The translations under genes and the position numbers were made by a program. DNA of 64,000 nt. Origin: an uncultured delta proteobacterium (GTDB taxonomy: Bacteria; Desulfobacterota; Binatia; UBA9968). A model generated the notes under the pieces. It saw only the letters and a program-made list of their open reading frames with translations, did no database searches and was not told the DNA's origin. The stretch spans positions 32,001 to 96,000 of the forward strand of contig CAVUVW010000021.1 of the NCBI GenBank assembly GCA_963745035.1, given 5' to 3'. The first letter of the stretch is position 1. Every line of letters begins with the position of its first letter. This document shows positions 11,464 through 22,926 of the stretch, one piece after another.

Positions 11464-11951
11464 ACGCGCGGGAGCTGCGCGCGGCGCGGGCCAAGGTGGA
11501 AGAGGTTCGTATCGAAATCAAGCGCCTGCGGCCGGCCTCGGTGCAGTCGCTGCCGGCGTACATGACCGAGGGCGCGGCCGGCATGGATCTGTGCGCCGAT
11601 CTCGACGCCGATATTATCTTGGCGCCGCTCGAGCGGCGGCTCATTCCCACCGGGATCGCCATCGCGCTGCCGATCGGTTTCGAAGCGCAGATTCGGCCGC
11701 GCAGCGGCCTTGCCTTGAAGCACGGCCTGACACTGATCAACAGTCCCGGCACCATCGACGCGGATTATCGCGGCGAGATTCAGATCATCGCAATCAATCT
11801 GGGCGCAACTCCGGTGGTGATCGCGCCGGGCCAGCGCATCGCGCAGATGATCGTGCAGCGGGTGGTGCGGGTCTCGTGGCGCGAAATCGATGACCTGAGC
11901 GCGACGGCGCGGGACTCTGGCGGCTTCGGACACACGGATGAAAAAAAATAG
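11460..11951 (+). CDS. dut: dUTPase
   Basis: [33 protein letters not shown]. Confidence 0.97.
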   Translation: MNARELRAARAKVEEVRIEIKRLRPASVQSLPAYMTEGAAGMDLCADLDADIILAPLERRLIPTGIAIALPIGFEAQIRPRSGLALKHGLTLINSPGTIDADYRGEIQIIAINLGATPVVIAPGQRIAQMIVQRVVRVSWREIDDLSATARDSGGFGHTDEKK

Positions 11952-12037
11952 TTTAACGGTTCAAGGTTCAAAAGTTCAAGGTTATGACTTAGCATCGCCC
12001 CAAGACGTTGAAGCTTGAACGGTGGAACTTTTGAACG
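11951..12037. repeat. Tandem GTTCAA units followed by inverted TTGAAC units
   Basis: GTTCAA at 11959, 11966, 11974; TTGAAG/TTGAAC/TGGAAC/TTGAAC at 12008-12036. Confidence 0.75.
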
Positions 12038-12051
12038 AATAGAGAAGCAGC

Positions 12052-13344
12052 ATGATCGCGCGCTACACGCGCCCGGAGATGGGGCGCATCTGGTCGGAAG
12101 AAAACGGCTTTCAAAAATGGCTGGAAGTCGAAATCCTCGCGGCCGAAGGACTGTCCAAGCTGGGCAAGGTCCCCAAGGCCGCGATCGCTCGCATCCGTAA
12201 AAATGCGCGCTTCGACGTGAAGCGTATCCGCGCCATCGAAGCCGAGGTCAAGCACGAGATCATCGCGTTTTTGAGCGCGGTGGCGGAATCGATCGGCGAC
12301 GACGCCCGCTATCTCCACGTCGGCATGACGTCTTCCGACGTGATGGACACCGCGCTGGCGATCCAATTCAAGGAAGCTTCGGCGGTCATCGCGCAGGATA
12401 TTCGCGAGCTCATGCAGGCGCTGCGGCGCCAGGCGCACAAGTACAAACGCACGGTGATGATCGGCCGCACCCACGGCATTCACGCCGAGCCGATCACCTT
12501 CGGTCTCAAGCTCGCGCTCTGGTATCAGGAGATGGCGCGCCATCGGGAGCGCTTCGACAAAGCCGTCGAGGACATCTGCGTCGGCCAGATTTCCGGCGCG
12601 GTGGGAACGTTCGCGCAGATCTCGCCCAAGGTCGAAGCCTACGTCTGCCGCAAGGCGGGCCTCAAGCCGGCGCCGATTTCCAATCAGATCATTCAGCGCG
12701 ACCGCCACGCGTACTATTTCGCCACCCTGGCGGTCATCGCCAGCTCGCTGGAAAAGTTCGCCGTCGAGATCCGCCATCTGCAGCGCACCGAGGTGCAGGA
12801 AGCCGAAGAGCCGTTCACGGCGGGGCAGAAAGGCTCTTCGGCGATGCCGCACAAGCGCAATCCGATCCTGTCCGAAAACGTCTCGGGGATGGCGCGGCTG
12901 ATGCGCTCCTACGCCCAGGCGGCGCTGGAGAACGTGGCGCTCTGGCACGAGCGCGACATCAGCCATTCGTCGGTCGAGCGGGTGATCGCGCCGGACGCGA
13001 CCATCGCGCTCGATTTCATGCTCCGGCGCATGACCTACGTGATCGGCAATCTCTGCGTCTATCCGGAAAACATGAAACGCAACCTGGAAAAGAGCGGCGG
13101 CGCGGTCTATTCGGAAAAAATTCTGCTCGCTTTGGTCGAGCGGGGCGTGGCGCGCGACCGGGCGTACCGCATGGTGCAGAAGCATGCACTCAAGATCGGC
13201 AGGGAAGGCGGCGATTTGAAGCGCGCACTGCTTGCGGACGAGGAAATTCGCCGCTATTTATCGGCGCGGGAGATCGACGCGGCCTGGGGCGCAGAGCATC
13301 ATCTGGCGCAAGTCGATTTCATTTTCCGCCGGGTGTTCCAGTAA
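12052..13344 (+). CDS. purB: Adenylosuccinate lyase
   Basis: GRTHGIHAEP, GSSAMPHKRNP. Confidence 0.98.
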   Translation: MIARYTRPEMGRIWSEENGFQKWLEVEILAAEGLSKLGKVPKAAIARIRKNARFDVKRIRAIEAEVKHEIIAFLSAVAESIGDDARYLHVGMTSSDVMDTALAIQFKEASAVIAQDIRELMQALRRQAHKYKRTVMIGRTHGIHAEPITFGLKLALWYQEMARHRERFDKAVEDICVGQISGAVGTFAQISPKVEAYVCRKAGLKPAPISNQIIQRDRHAYYFATLAVIASSLEKFAVEIRHLQRTEVQEAEEPFTAGQKGSSAMPHKRNPILSENVSGMARLMRSYAQAALENVALWHERDISHSSVERVIAPDATIALDFMLRRMTYVIGNLCVYPENMKRNLEKSGGAVYSEKILLALVERGVARDRAYRMVQKHALKIGREGGDLKRALLADEEIRRYLSAREIDAAWGAEHHLAQVDFIFRRVFQ

Positions 13345-13366
13345 TCTTCGCAGCGAGAGTGGCGCT

Positions 13367-13612
13367 ATGCGCGTGACGATCTTTGTCTCCCTGAAGCAGG
13401 GCGTGCTCGATCCGCAAGGCAAGGCCATTGAGCGCTCGCTGCACAGCCTCGGCTATGACGACGTCGGCGGAGTGCGCGCCGGCAAGGTGTTCGAGCTCGA
13501 CATCGAGGCTGCTTCGCGCCAAGCCGCCGAACTTCGGATTCGGGAAATTTGTGATAAACTACTAGCGAATCCAGTCATCGAAGATTATCGATTTGAGATC
13601 AGTCCTGAGTAG
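13367..13612 (+). CDS. purS: FGAM synthase subunit PurS
   Basis: VLDPQGKAI...LLANPVIEDY. Confidence 0.96.
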   Translation: MRVTIFVSLKQGVLDPQGKAIERSLHSLGYDDVGGVRAGKVFELDIEAASRQAAELRIREICDKLLANPVIEDYRFEISPE

Positions 13613-13692
13613 AGTCCTGACTGCTGAGGAGCGGTCAAAGCTGCCTGCAGGTGTCATTTAACTCAGCACTCCATTGCTCAGGACTCGTAACT
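13601..13692. repeat. AGT(C/G)CTG-type short repeats with inverted copies
   Basis: AGTCCTGAGT, AGTCCTGACTGCTGAG ... ACTCAGCACT, CTCAGGACT. Confidence 0.6.
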
Positions 13693-13696
13693 GCCT

Positions 13697-14396
13697 ATGC
13701 GTTGGGGCGTCATTACTTTTCCCGGCTCGTGCGACGATCACGACGTTTTTGACTCGCTCAAGTCCGAGCTCGGCCAGAAGGTCAAGCTGCTCTGGCACAA
13801 GGACGAGCTGGCGGGCAACTTCGACTGCATTGTTCTGCCGGGCGGGTTCTCCTACGGCGACTATCTGCGCTGCGGCGCCATGGCCCGCTTCTCGCCGATC
13901 GTACGCGGCGTGATGCAGTTTGCCCAAAGCGGCGGGCTCGTGCTGGGCATTTGCAACGGTTTTCAGATCCTTTGCGAAACCGGCCTGCTGCCCGGCGCAC
14001 TTGTGCGCAACGCCGATCTTCAGTTCATCTGCCGAACCGGGCATCTGCGCGTGGAGGAAACCGATACGCCGTTTACGTCGGGCTTGAAGCGCGGCCAGCT
14101 TCTCAAGATGCCGGTCAAGCACGGCGAGGGCTGCTACTACGCCGACAGCGCGACCCTCGAGCGGCTGCGCAAGAACCGGCAAATTCTGCTCCGCTACGTG
14201 GACGCCAAAGGCAAGCCGTCACCGGCGGCCAATCCCAACGGCTCGGTCGAAAACATCGCCGGCATCTGCAACGAAGGGCGAAACGTCTTGGGCCTGATGC
14301 CCCATCCGGAAGACGCCTGCAGCAAGCTGCTCGGCGGCGACGACGGCGCCAAGATCTTCCTCTCGATCGCAGCGGCGGTGGAAAAGGCGAGCGCGC

Positions 14397-14404
<8 letters not shown>
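13697..14404 (+). CDS. purQ: FGAM synthase glutaminase subunit
   Basis: [25 protein letters not shown]. Confidence 0.97.
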
Positions 14405-16631
<2,227 letters not shown>

Positions 16632-16638
16632 GAGAAGC

Positions 16639-16670
16639 GTTCCATGGTTCAAACGTTCAAAGGTTCAAAG
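16639..16670 (+). repeat. Four GTTC(C/A)A units with 8-bp period
   Basis: Units at 16639, 16647, 16655, 16663. Confidence 0.7.
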
Positions 16671-16684
16671 GGACGGAAACTGCG

Positions 16685-18121
16685 TTGATCATCTCGGACG
16701 ACAAATTTCACGACGAATGCGCGGTGATGGGCGTGCACGGCCATCCCGAGGCGGCCAACATGGTCTATCTCGGATTGTACGCTCTGCAGCACCGCGGCCA
16801 GGAGTCGTGCGGCATCGTTTCCTCGGACGGCCGGGGACTGATCTCGCACCGGCAAATGGGACTGGTCGCCGATGCCTTTAAAGAGGATGTCATCAAGCGC
16901 CTGGAAGGCGCCAGCGCGATCGGTCACAATCGCTACTCGACGCAGGGACAAAGCCATCTCAAAAACGCCCAACCGTTCGTCGTGGAGTATTCGCAGGGCC
17001 CCATCGCGATCTCGCACAACGGCAATCTGGTGAACGGCGCCTTGCTCCGTGAAGAGCTGGAACGCTCGGGCTCGATCTTTCAATCCACGACCGATACGGA
17101 GGTCATCATCCATCTGATCGCCACGTCGAAGGAGGCGACGCTCATGGGGCGGATCGTCGAGGCGCTCAGCCGGGTGCGCGGCGCCTACTCGCTGTTGTTT
17201 TTGACTCTCGACAAAATGATCGCGGCGCGCGATCCCTACGGCTTTCGCCCGCTCGTGCTCGGCAAATTCGCCGAAGGAAAAAATCGCGGCGCTTGGGTCG
17301 TCGCTTCGGAGACCTGCGCGCTCGATTTGATCGAAGCCGATTACGTGCGCGACGTCGAGCCCGGCGAGATCGTCACCATCGGACCCGAGCAGGAAATCCA
17401 GTCGCTCAAGCCGTTTCCGCCGGTGCAGCACGCCAAGTGCATCTTCGAATACATTTATTTCGCGCGGCCCGACAGCAATCTTTTCGGCCACAACGTCTAT
17501 CAGGTGCGCAAGGAGCTCGGCCGCCAGCTCGCGCGCGAGAGCGGCGTCGAGGCCGATCTGGTCACGCCGGTGCCGGACTCGGGCGTGCCGGCGGCGATCG
17601 GCTACGCCGAAGAGTCGAAGATTCCCCTCGAGTTCGGCTTGATCCGCAACCACTACGTCGGGCGCACGTTCATCGAGCCGCAGCAGACGATCCGCAACTT
17701 CGGCGTCAAGATCAAGCTCAACGCCCAGCGCGACGTGCTCAACGGTAAGCGCGTGGTCGTGGTCGACGATTCGATCGTGCGCGGCACCACCAGCCGCAAG
17801 ATCATCCGCATGCTGCGCGATGCCGGCGCCAAGGAGGTACACATGCGGATCAGCTCGCCGGCGACGATCAGCCCGTGCTACTACGGCATCGACACGCCGA
17901 CCCGCTCCGAGCTGATCGCCTCGTCGAATTCCGTCGAAGAGATCCGCCGGTACATCGAAGCCGACACCCTCGCCTATCTATCGCGCGAAGGCATGTACGC
18001 GCACTTCGGCGGCAAAAAAGACGGCTTCTGCGACGCCTGCTTCAGTGGCGATTACCCGGTCCACTTCGAAGACGAAGGCCACACCCGCCAGCTCCAACTG
18101 TTCGACGCCATGAGCCGCTAG
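16685..18121 (+). CDS. purF: Amidophosphoribosyltransferase
   Basis: TTG start; propeptide DKFHDE then catalytic C; LQHRGQE, GHNRYST, VDDSIVRGTT. Confidence 0.97.
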   Translation: MIISDDKFHDECAVMGVHGHPEAANMVYLGLYALQHRGQESCGIVSSDGRGLISHRQMGLVADAFKEDVIKRLEGASAIGHNRYSTQGQSHLKNAQPFVVEYSQGPIAISHNGNLVNGALLREELERSGSIFQSTTDTEVIIHLIATSKEATLMGRIVEALSRVRGAYSLLFLTLDKMIAARDPYGFRPLVLGKFAEGKNRGAWVVASETCALDLIEADYVRDVEPGEIVTIGPEQEIQSLKPFPPVQHAKCIFEYIYFARPDSNLFGHNVYQVRKELGRQLARESGVEADLVTPVPDSGVPAAIGYAEESKIPLEFGLIRNHYVGRTFIEPQQTIRNFGVKIKLNAQRDVLNGKRVVVVDDSIVRGTTSRKIIRMLRDAGAKEVHMRISSPATISPCYYGIDTPTRSELIASSNSVEEIRRYIEADTLAYLSREGMYAHFGGKKDGFCDACFSGDYPVHFEDEGHTRQLQLFDAMSR

Positions 18122-18214
18122 GCCGCGCGCGCTGATCATTTTCCCTCGTTTCCGTTTTCCAGTTCTTGACCATCGCTCACGATTTCGTAGGGTAGCGCGC
18201 GCTTGCGCGCAGTG

Positions 18215-18600
18215 CCCGTGATCAGATCACTCGGCAATGGCACTTGTTGCGGCAGTTGGACGGCTCCGCCGGACGTAGCCTTCAGGAACTCGTCGACAAC
18301 GTTCCGGATATTATCCGGAAAACGCCCGCACGGTGCGGCGCGATCTCGAAGCGCTTGAAGCCGTCGGTTTCCCCATCATAGTCGAAAAGCACAGCGGCCA
18401 ATCTGCTGGCGCCTGATGGAAGGCTTCCGCGACATTCGACGAATACGTCCAGGTCGCCCTCAACCTCATGCGCACCAGCCGGCGCATCAAACGTTGACGT
18501 AGTCCACGCGATTTCGCAGACCGTGATCCGGGGAAGACGATGTAGATCTTGGCGTCACCGCCTTCTATATGCGTACGTTTAGTACGCGTCTAATCTTCTA
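18215..18600 (-). pseudogene. Possible frameshifted hypothetical gene
   Basis: Protein-like segments spread over several frames: KIRRVLNVRI / EGGDAKIYIVFPG / ITVCEIAWTTSTFDAP...AVLFDYDGETDGFKRFEI / FPDNIRNVVDEFLKAT. Confidence 0.3.
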
Positions 18601-18702
18601 CCGAGCCCGAGTCGTATCTTTCTGGGAAGCTGAGCGGTAGGGCGGCGTGAGTGCGAAAGTTTTCCCGAGGCTTTATAGCAGGAGCTGGCGATTGGTCGAG
18701 TT

Positions 18703-19014
18703 TTACAGAGTATAGGAAAGGTCCAGGTCGCCGATCTCTTTGATCGTTTTTCCGATATGGTTTTGTAGGATGCCGTAGATTTGATAACAGAAGGCAACGT
18801 CGGAGAGAGTCATGCAGCCAACGTATCGGTGTCCGTCGACGGATATTGCGAGAAAAATCGTTTGTTTGGATTTCTCGTTCATCCACACGGCCTTTAAAAC
18901 TCCGACTTCTCCCGACGCGGTCTCGTATTCGCCGTTCATGCTCCTCACCCAAGGCGGCGGCCATGATTGTAGAAAACTCGCGTTGATCAGTGGATGGTCT
19001 CTCAACTCCAACAT
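18703..19014 (-). CDS. Small hypothetical protein (LRDHPL...WPPPW...IKEIGDLDLS)
   Basis: Globular composition, clean ORF; resembles a hypothetical family I recall from Binatia-like genomes (unverified). Confidence 0.7.
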   Translation of the reverse strand: MLELRDHPLINASFLQSWPPPWVRSMNGEYETASGEVGVLKAVWMNEKSKQTIFLAISVDGHRYVGCMTLSDVAFCYQIYGILQNHIGKTIKEIGDLDLSYTL

Positions 19015-19695
19015 TGGCGTTGCCCGGGGACGGCGTGCTCTCGACTTCTTTATGTTAGATCAAGTTGACTTCAAAGCAAAGGGGGTAGGGGCACAGGGTC
19101 GGAGCAATTTCAATTATCGGGTGTTATGAGAAAACGCGGAAGAGGTTTTCTCAATATTTTCTAATCGGCCAGGCAACGACTTCCTGATAGCGGCCGAAAT
19201 GGCAGGTTGGTTTTTGACTGGGGAGGTCGATGGCGGCTTGTCGGGTCATCGTATTTTTGCTGATCTCGGCTTCCGCGGGCTCGAGGGAGCAGGGTGGGTG
19301 GTGGACGATACGATGCGGCCGGGTTTGAGCGCCGCTGTAAAGGCAGTATTGCTCGGTTAGCCGGTGATCGAAGCTCCCCGGCGCGCGTACTACGCAGCTC
19401 CGGTGGGTCGGTAGGATGCGCAAGCTCCGCGGCAGCGGCAATGCGCTCGGTATCAAAGGCCAGAGCGGCTCGGCGCGCACCGGCCAATGCAAAAAAACAG
19501 AAAATCGTGCAGCGCATGGAAAGCGCCCAAGGTTGTTTTTGGCAGAGGCCAAGGACGGTGGCCTGTCTGCTCGATCGTTGGCAGGGGAGGCATCCGCGTC
19601 ATCGCACAGGATCAGCAGGTAGAAAGAATGCTTGTAGATGTCGAGGAGGCTCCAGGGCGCCCGCGGGCGCCCTGGAGGTTGAGTATCGTAACCCG

Positions 19696-19869
19696 TTAGC
19701 TTCTCGGGCTGTTCCTCTCCATGGAATCGCTCCGCTCGACCGAGTCGCTTCGGCCCATGCCGAGTTGGAGTTCGGTTTCGTGATCGATGTTGCCCGTGAC
19801 GGTAAGATCATTGTCCTTTTGGAACTCGTGAATCGCCGCTTGGGTGTCGCTGTCGATCATTCCATCAAG
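19696..19869 (-). pseudogene. 5'-truncated peptidoglycan-binding (PG_binding_1) gene remnant
   Basis: LDGMIDSDTQAAIHEFQKDNDLTVTGNIDHETELQLG matches the C-terminal half of the domain; first helix and signal peptide absent. Confidence 0.6.
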
Positions 19870-19912
19870 GCCGCGACGATGCGCCGTGGACCGACCGCAT
19901 AACTGCGATGCG

Positions 19913-20911
19913 CTAGCCGCGCAGCTCGGCGTAGTTTTCCACGCGAAGCTTGCGCGCGCCGCTTTGCAGCTCTTGAATTAGTTCTAGAACTTTTCGGCAA
20001 AGCGGGGTCGGAACACCGCGGTTTTCTCCCTCGCGGACGACATAGCCGAGAGTGAAATCCGCCTCGGTAGGGATGCCTTTTTTGATCTGATTGAGCGGGC
20101 CTTTGCGGTCGTCGGGCTTCCACGAGCGCGCGAATCGGTCCAATGCGGCGAGCCGCTGATCGATCGGCTTGCCCGGATGAAAATCCGGCGGATTGTACTC
20201 GGCCAGCGGGAGCCAGCGGACGCCCAGCGCCGCGCCGACGCTGACCACTTCGGCGAAAAAATCCGCAAGATTGCGCCGCGCCGCCTCGTCCGCGCACGTC
20301 GCGGCAAGCGATGCGTCGGCCAAAGAGCCGTAGTAGCCGAGGCAGGTATACGTGAGCTTGCTCCAGAGCACGCCGAGAATATTGTCGGAGATCTCGGTTT
20401 CCATGACCGTGTTGAAAAGTCTGTGCAGCCCTTCCAGGCGCGGCGTAGGCCGGCCGTGCAAGTGGCCGATATACAAGTGACCGCGAATCGCCGTTTGCAC
20501 GCGCCCGGGCGCGAGCTTGCGGCAGCCCATGCGGATCGCCATGCCGACGGCGCGCTCCGGTCCGACTTTCTCTTCCAGCAGCGGCGGGTTGATACCGTTT
20601 TGCATCGACACCAGCGTACCATCGCTATCGATATGTGTCAGGGCGGTGGCGAGGGCGGCGGGTGTGTAGTTCGAACGTACGGCGATCAAAACAGTGTCGT
20701 ACTTGCCCTGGAGTTCTTCGGGAAAAGCGATCTTGATCTTGACGTTGAACGGCCCGTCGGGAACATCGACTTGCAGGCCTTTCTCGCGGATCGCCGCGAT
20801 GTGCTCCTTATCGATGTCGACGAAGGTCATGTCGCTGCCGGCGCGCGCGAGCCTGCCGCCGATAATGCCGCCGATTGGTCCGGCGCCGATCACGAGAATG
20901 CGCTCGCTCAT
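19913..20911 (-). CDS. Ketopantoate reductase (PanE/ApbA) family oxidoreductase
   Basis: VIGAGPIGG, MQNG, LWSKL, TEAD. Confidence 0.88.
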   Translation of the reverse strand: MSERILVIGAGPIGGIIGGRLARAGSDMTFVDIDKEHIAAIREKGLQVDVPDGPFNVKIKIAFPEELQGKYDTVLIAVRSNYTPAALATALTHIDSDGTLVSMQNGINPPLLEEKVGPERAVGMAIRMGCRKLAPGRVQTAIRGHLYIGHLHGRPTPRLEGLHRLFNTVMETEISDNILGVLWSKLTYTCLGYYGSLADASLAATCADEAARRNLADFFAEVVSVGAALGVRWLPLAEYNPPDFHPGKPIDQRLAALDRFARSWKPDDRKGPLNQIKKGIPTEADFTLGYVVREGENRGVPTPLCRKVLELIQELQSGARKLRVENYAELRG

Positions 20912-21079
20912 GGGTTTCCTCCTTGGAACAGCGCCAACATATGCGATGGTTCGGACACGGTCAACGTGGACAGTCTGACGTTCAATGAGCCACAAATCGA
21001 CCGCGCGCCGGCTTGAAGAATTTGCACGTGTGGCATAAGTAGGCGGAGCGCGTCGCTCTGGCGCTCGGGAGGAGAAACC

Positions 21080-22057
21080 ATGAGAAAGATGTTCTTTGTC
21101 CTTGTGCTTTCACTGGTGGTCGCGACACAGGCGCTCGCGGCTGATCGGGTGCGCATCGGCTACAGTTCCATCAGCGGCGCCTATACACCGATCTGGGTGG
21201 CGCATGAGGCCGGGCACTTCGCCAAGGAAGGATTGCAGGACGATATCATTCTCATCCCCAGCGGCACCCAGCTTGCACAGGTGACCGTGGCGGGCGAAAT
21301 CGACATCGGCTCGCTCAACGGCAGCTCGGCGATTGCCGCGGCATTGCAAGGGGCGGACCTGAAAATCATCGGCAACTCGGGCAACAAGATGGTGTTTTCG
21401 CTCTACGTCCGCCCGGAAATCAAAAGCGTCGAGCAACTCAGAGGGAAACGGATCGGCATCACCCGATTCGGCTCGGCGCCCGACATTTCGGTGCGCTACG
21501 CGCTGCGCAAAATGAATATCAATCCGGACAAGGACGTGACCTTGATTCAGTTAGGCTTCATGGCGACCGTAGCGGCGGGTTTGCAGGGCGGCTCCATCGA
21601 AGGGGGCGTGGTTTCCCCGCCGACCCAGTTCGCCATCGACAAAGCCGGCTTCAGAGAATTGATCAATATCACCGATATGGACTTCGCCTTTCCCAATCCG
21701 GCGTTGGTGGCGGTGGGTTCGATCATTCGCAGCAAGCCGGACGTGATCAACCGCTTTATGCGCGCGTATGCTCGCGGCATGCACCGCGCGCGCACCGACC
21801 GCGAGTTCACCTATAAAGCTCTGGCGAAGTACACCAAGATCCAGGACACCTCGGTGCTGCAAAAGGCTTATGACTACTACATGAGCAAGGTTTTGGAGAA
21901 GACGCCGTCGATCAACATCGCCGGCGTGCAGAACGTGTTGGACGATTTGGTAAAAACGGTTCCGGCCGCCAAGAACTCTAAACCCGAGCAGTTCGTCGAT
22001 ATGCGGTTTCTCGACGCCCTGGAGAAAGGTGGCTTGATGAAGGAGCTGTATCCGTAG
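21080..22057 (+). CDS. SsuA/TauA/NMT1-like substrate-binding protein
   Basis: Signal peptide, VRIGYSSISG, LRGKRIGITRFGS, KPEQFVD. Confidence 0.9.
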   Translation: MRKMFFVLVLSLVVATQALAADRVRIGYSSISGAYTPIWVAHEAGHFAKEGLQDDIILIPSGTQLAQVTVAGEIDIGSLNGSSAIAAALQGADLKIIGNSGNKMVFSLYVRPEIKSVEQLRGKRIGITRFGSAPDISVRYALRKMNINPDKDVTLIQLGFMATVAAGLQGGSIEGGVVSPPTQFAIDKAGFRELINITDMDFAFPNPALVAVGSIIRSKPDVINRFMRAYARGMHRARTDREFTYKALAKYTKIQDTSVLQKAYDYYMSKVLEKTPSINIAGVQNVLDDLVKTVPAAKNSKPEQFVDMRFLDALEKGGLMKELYP

Positions 22058-22069
22058 AACTGCCTGTCC

Positions 22070-22095
22070 GTAGGGCGACCGCCAGTCGCCCCTAC
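22070..22095. repeat. GTAG-type REP-like palindrome between convergent genes
   Basis: GTAGGGCGAC-CGCCA-GTCGCCCCTAC. Confidence 0.65.
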
Positions 22096-22113
22096 GACAC
22101 TCACGCCGTCAAT

Positions 22114-22926
22114 CTACGTAGACAGAAAATCTGCAATCAACTTTGCGGTTTCGTCGGGCTTCTCCACGTGGGCGCTATGGCCGGCGCCCGGAACGACCGC
22201 GAGCTTCGCGTTCGGGGTGCGTGCCGCGTACAACTCGCCGTGTGCGCGTGGCACGAAATTGTCTTTCTCGCCCCAGACGACGAGCGCCGGCGACGAGACG
22301 CGATGCAGGCGGTTGCGCAGCGAGTAGTTGTAAAAATAGGGCGGCTTGAAACCAATGCGCGAGCTTAATCGGAGCATCTGGTAGCGGCGCACTTCGTCTT
22401 CGATCTCGCCTTTGCCGTCGGGAAATAGAGCGAGCGCATTAGGCTCATCGGCGCGCGCGAACAGCATCTCCCGCAAAGACGCATAGCTGGAGCCGTACTC
22501 GGGTTGGGCGTTCATGAAGACATCGCCGATCAGCGCGCCTTCGACGAACAGGCCAGCGGCGCCGATCAACACCAGTTTGCGAATCTTTTCCGGGTGGCGG
22601 ACGGCGAGCTCGGCGGCGATCCAGCCGCCGACGCAGCTGCCGACGAGATCGAAGCGCGAGAGCTTCAAGACATCGAGCACTTCGAGATAATGAAAAACCA
22701 CGTCTTCGATGGCGTCGATATCCTTGTTTTCATCGGTCAGAGCGCAGCCGGGATGAGCCGGCGCGATGACCCGCGCGCGCTCGGATAATTTCTCATGAAA
22801 CGGTAGCCAGCTTTCTTTGACCGAATGGACATCGGCGAAACCGTGCAGATAGAGCAGCGGGTTGCCTTCGCCGTGTTCGAACACCTGGACCTTGCGCCCG
22901 TTGACCTCGACGATGTTGCCGCTCAA
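22114..22926 (-). CDS. Alpha/beta-fold hydrolase
   Basis: TTG start overlapping LLM stop; LLYLHG, GSCVGG elbow, WGEKD, GHSAH. Confidence 0.88.
   Translation of the reverse strand: MSGNIVEVNGRKVQVFEHGEGNPLLYLHGFADVHSVKESWLPFHEKLSERARVIAPAHPGCALTDENKDIDAIEDVVFHYLEVLDVLKLSRFDLVGSCVGGWIAAELAVRHPEKIRKLVLIGAAGLFVEGALIGDVFMNAQPEYGSSYASLREMLFARADEPNALALFPDGKGEIEDEVRRYQMLRLSSRIGFKPPYFYNYSLRNRLHRVSSPALVVWGEKDNFVPRAHGELYAARTPNAKLAVVPGAGHSAHVEKPDETAKLIADFLST

Noticed and set aside
11951-12037. CRISPR array
   Set aside because: Units are 6-8 bp with no unique spacers and there are no cas genes.
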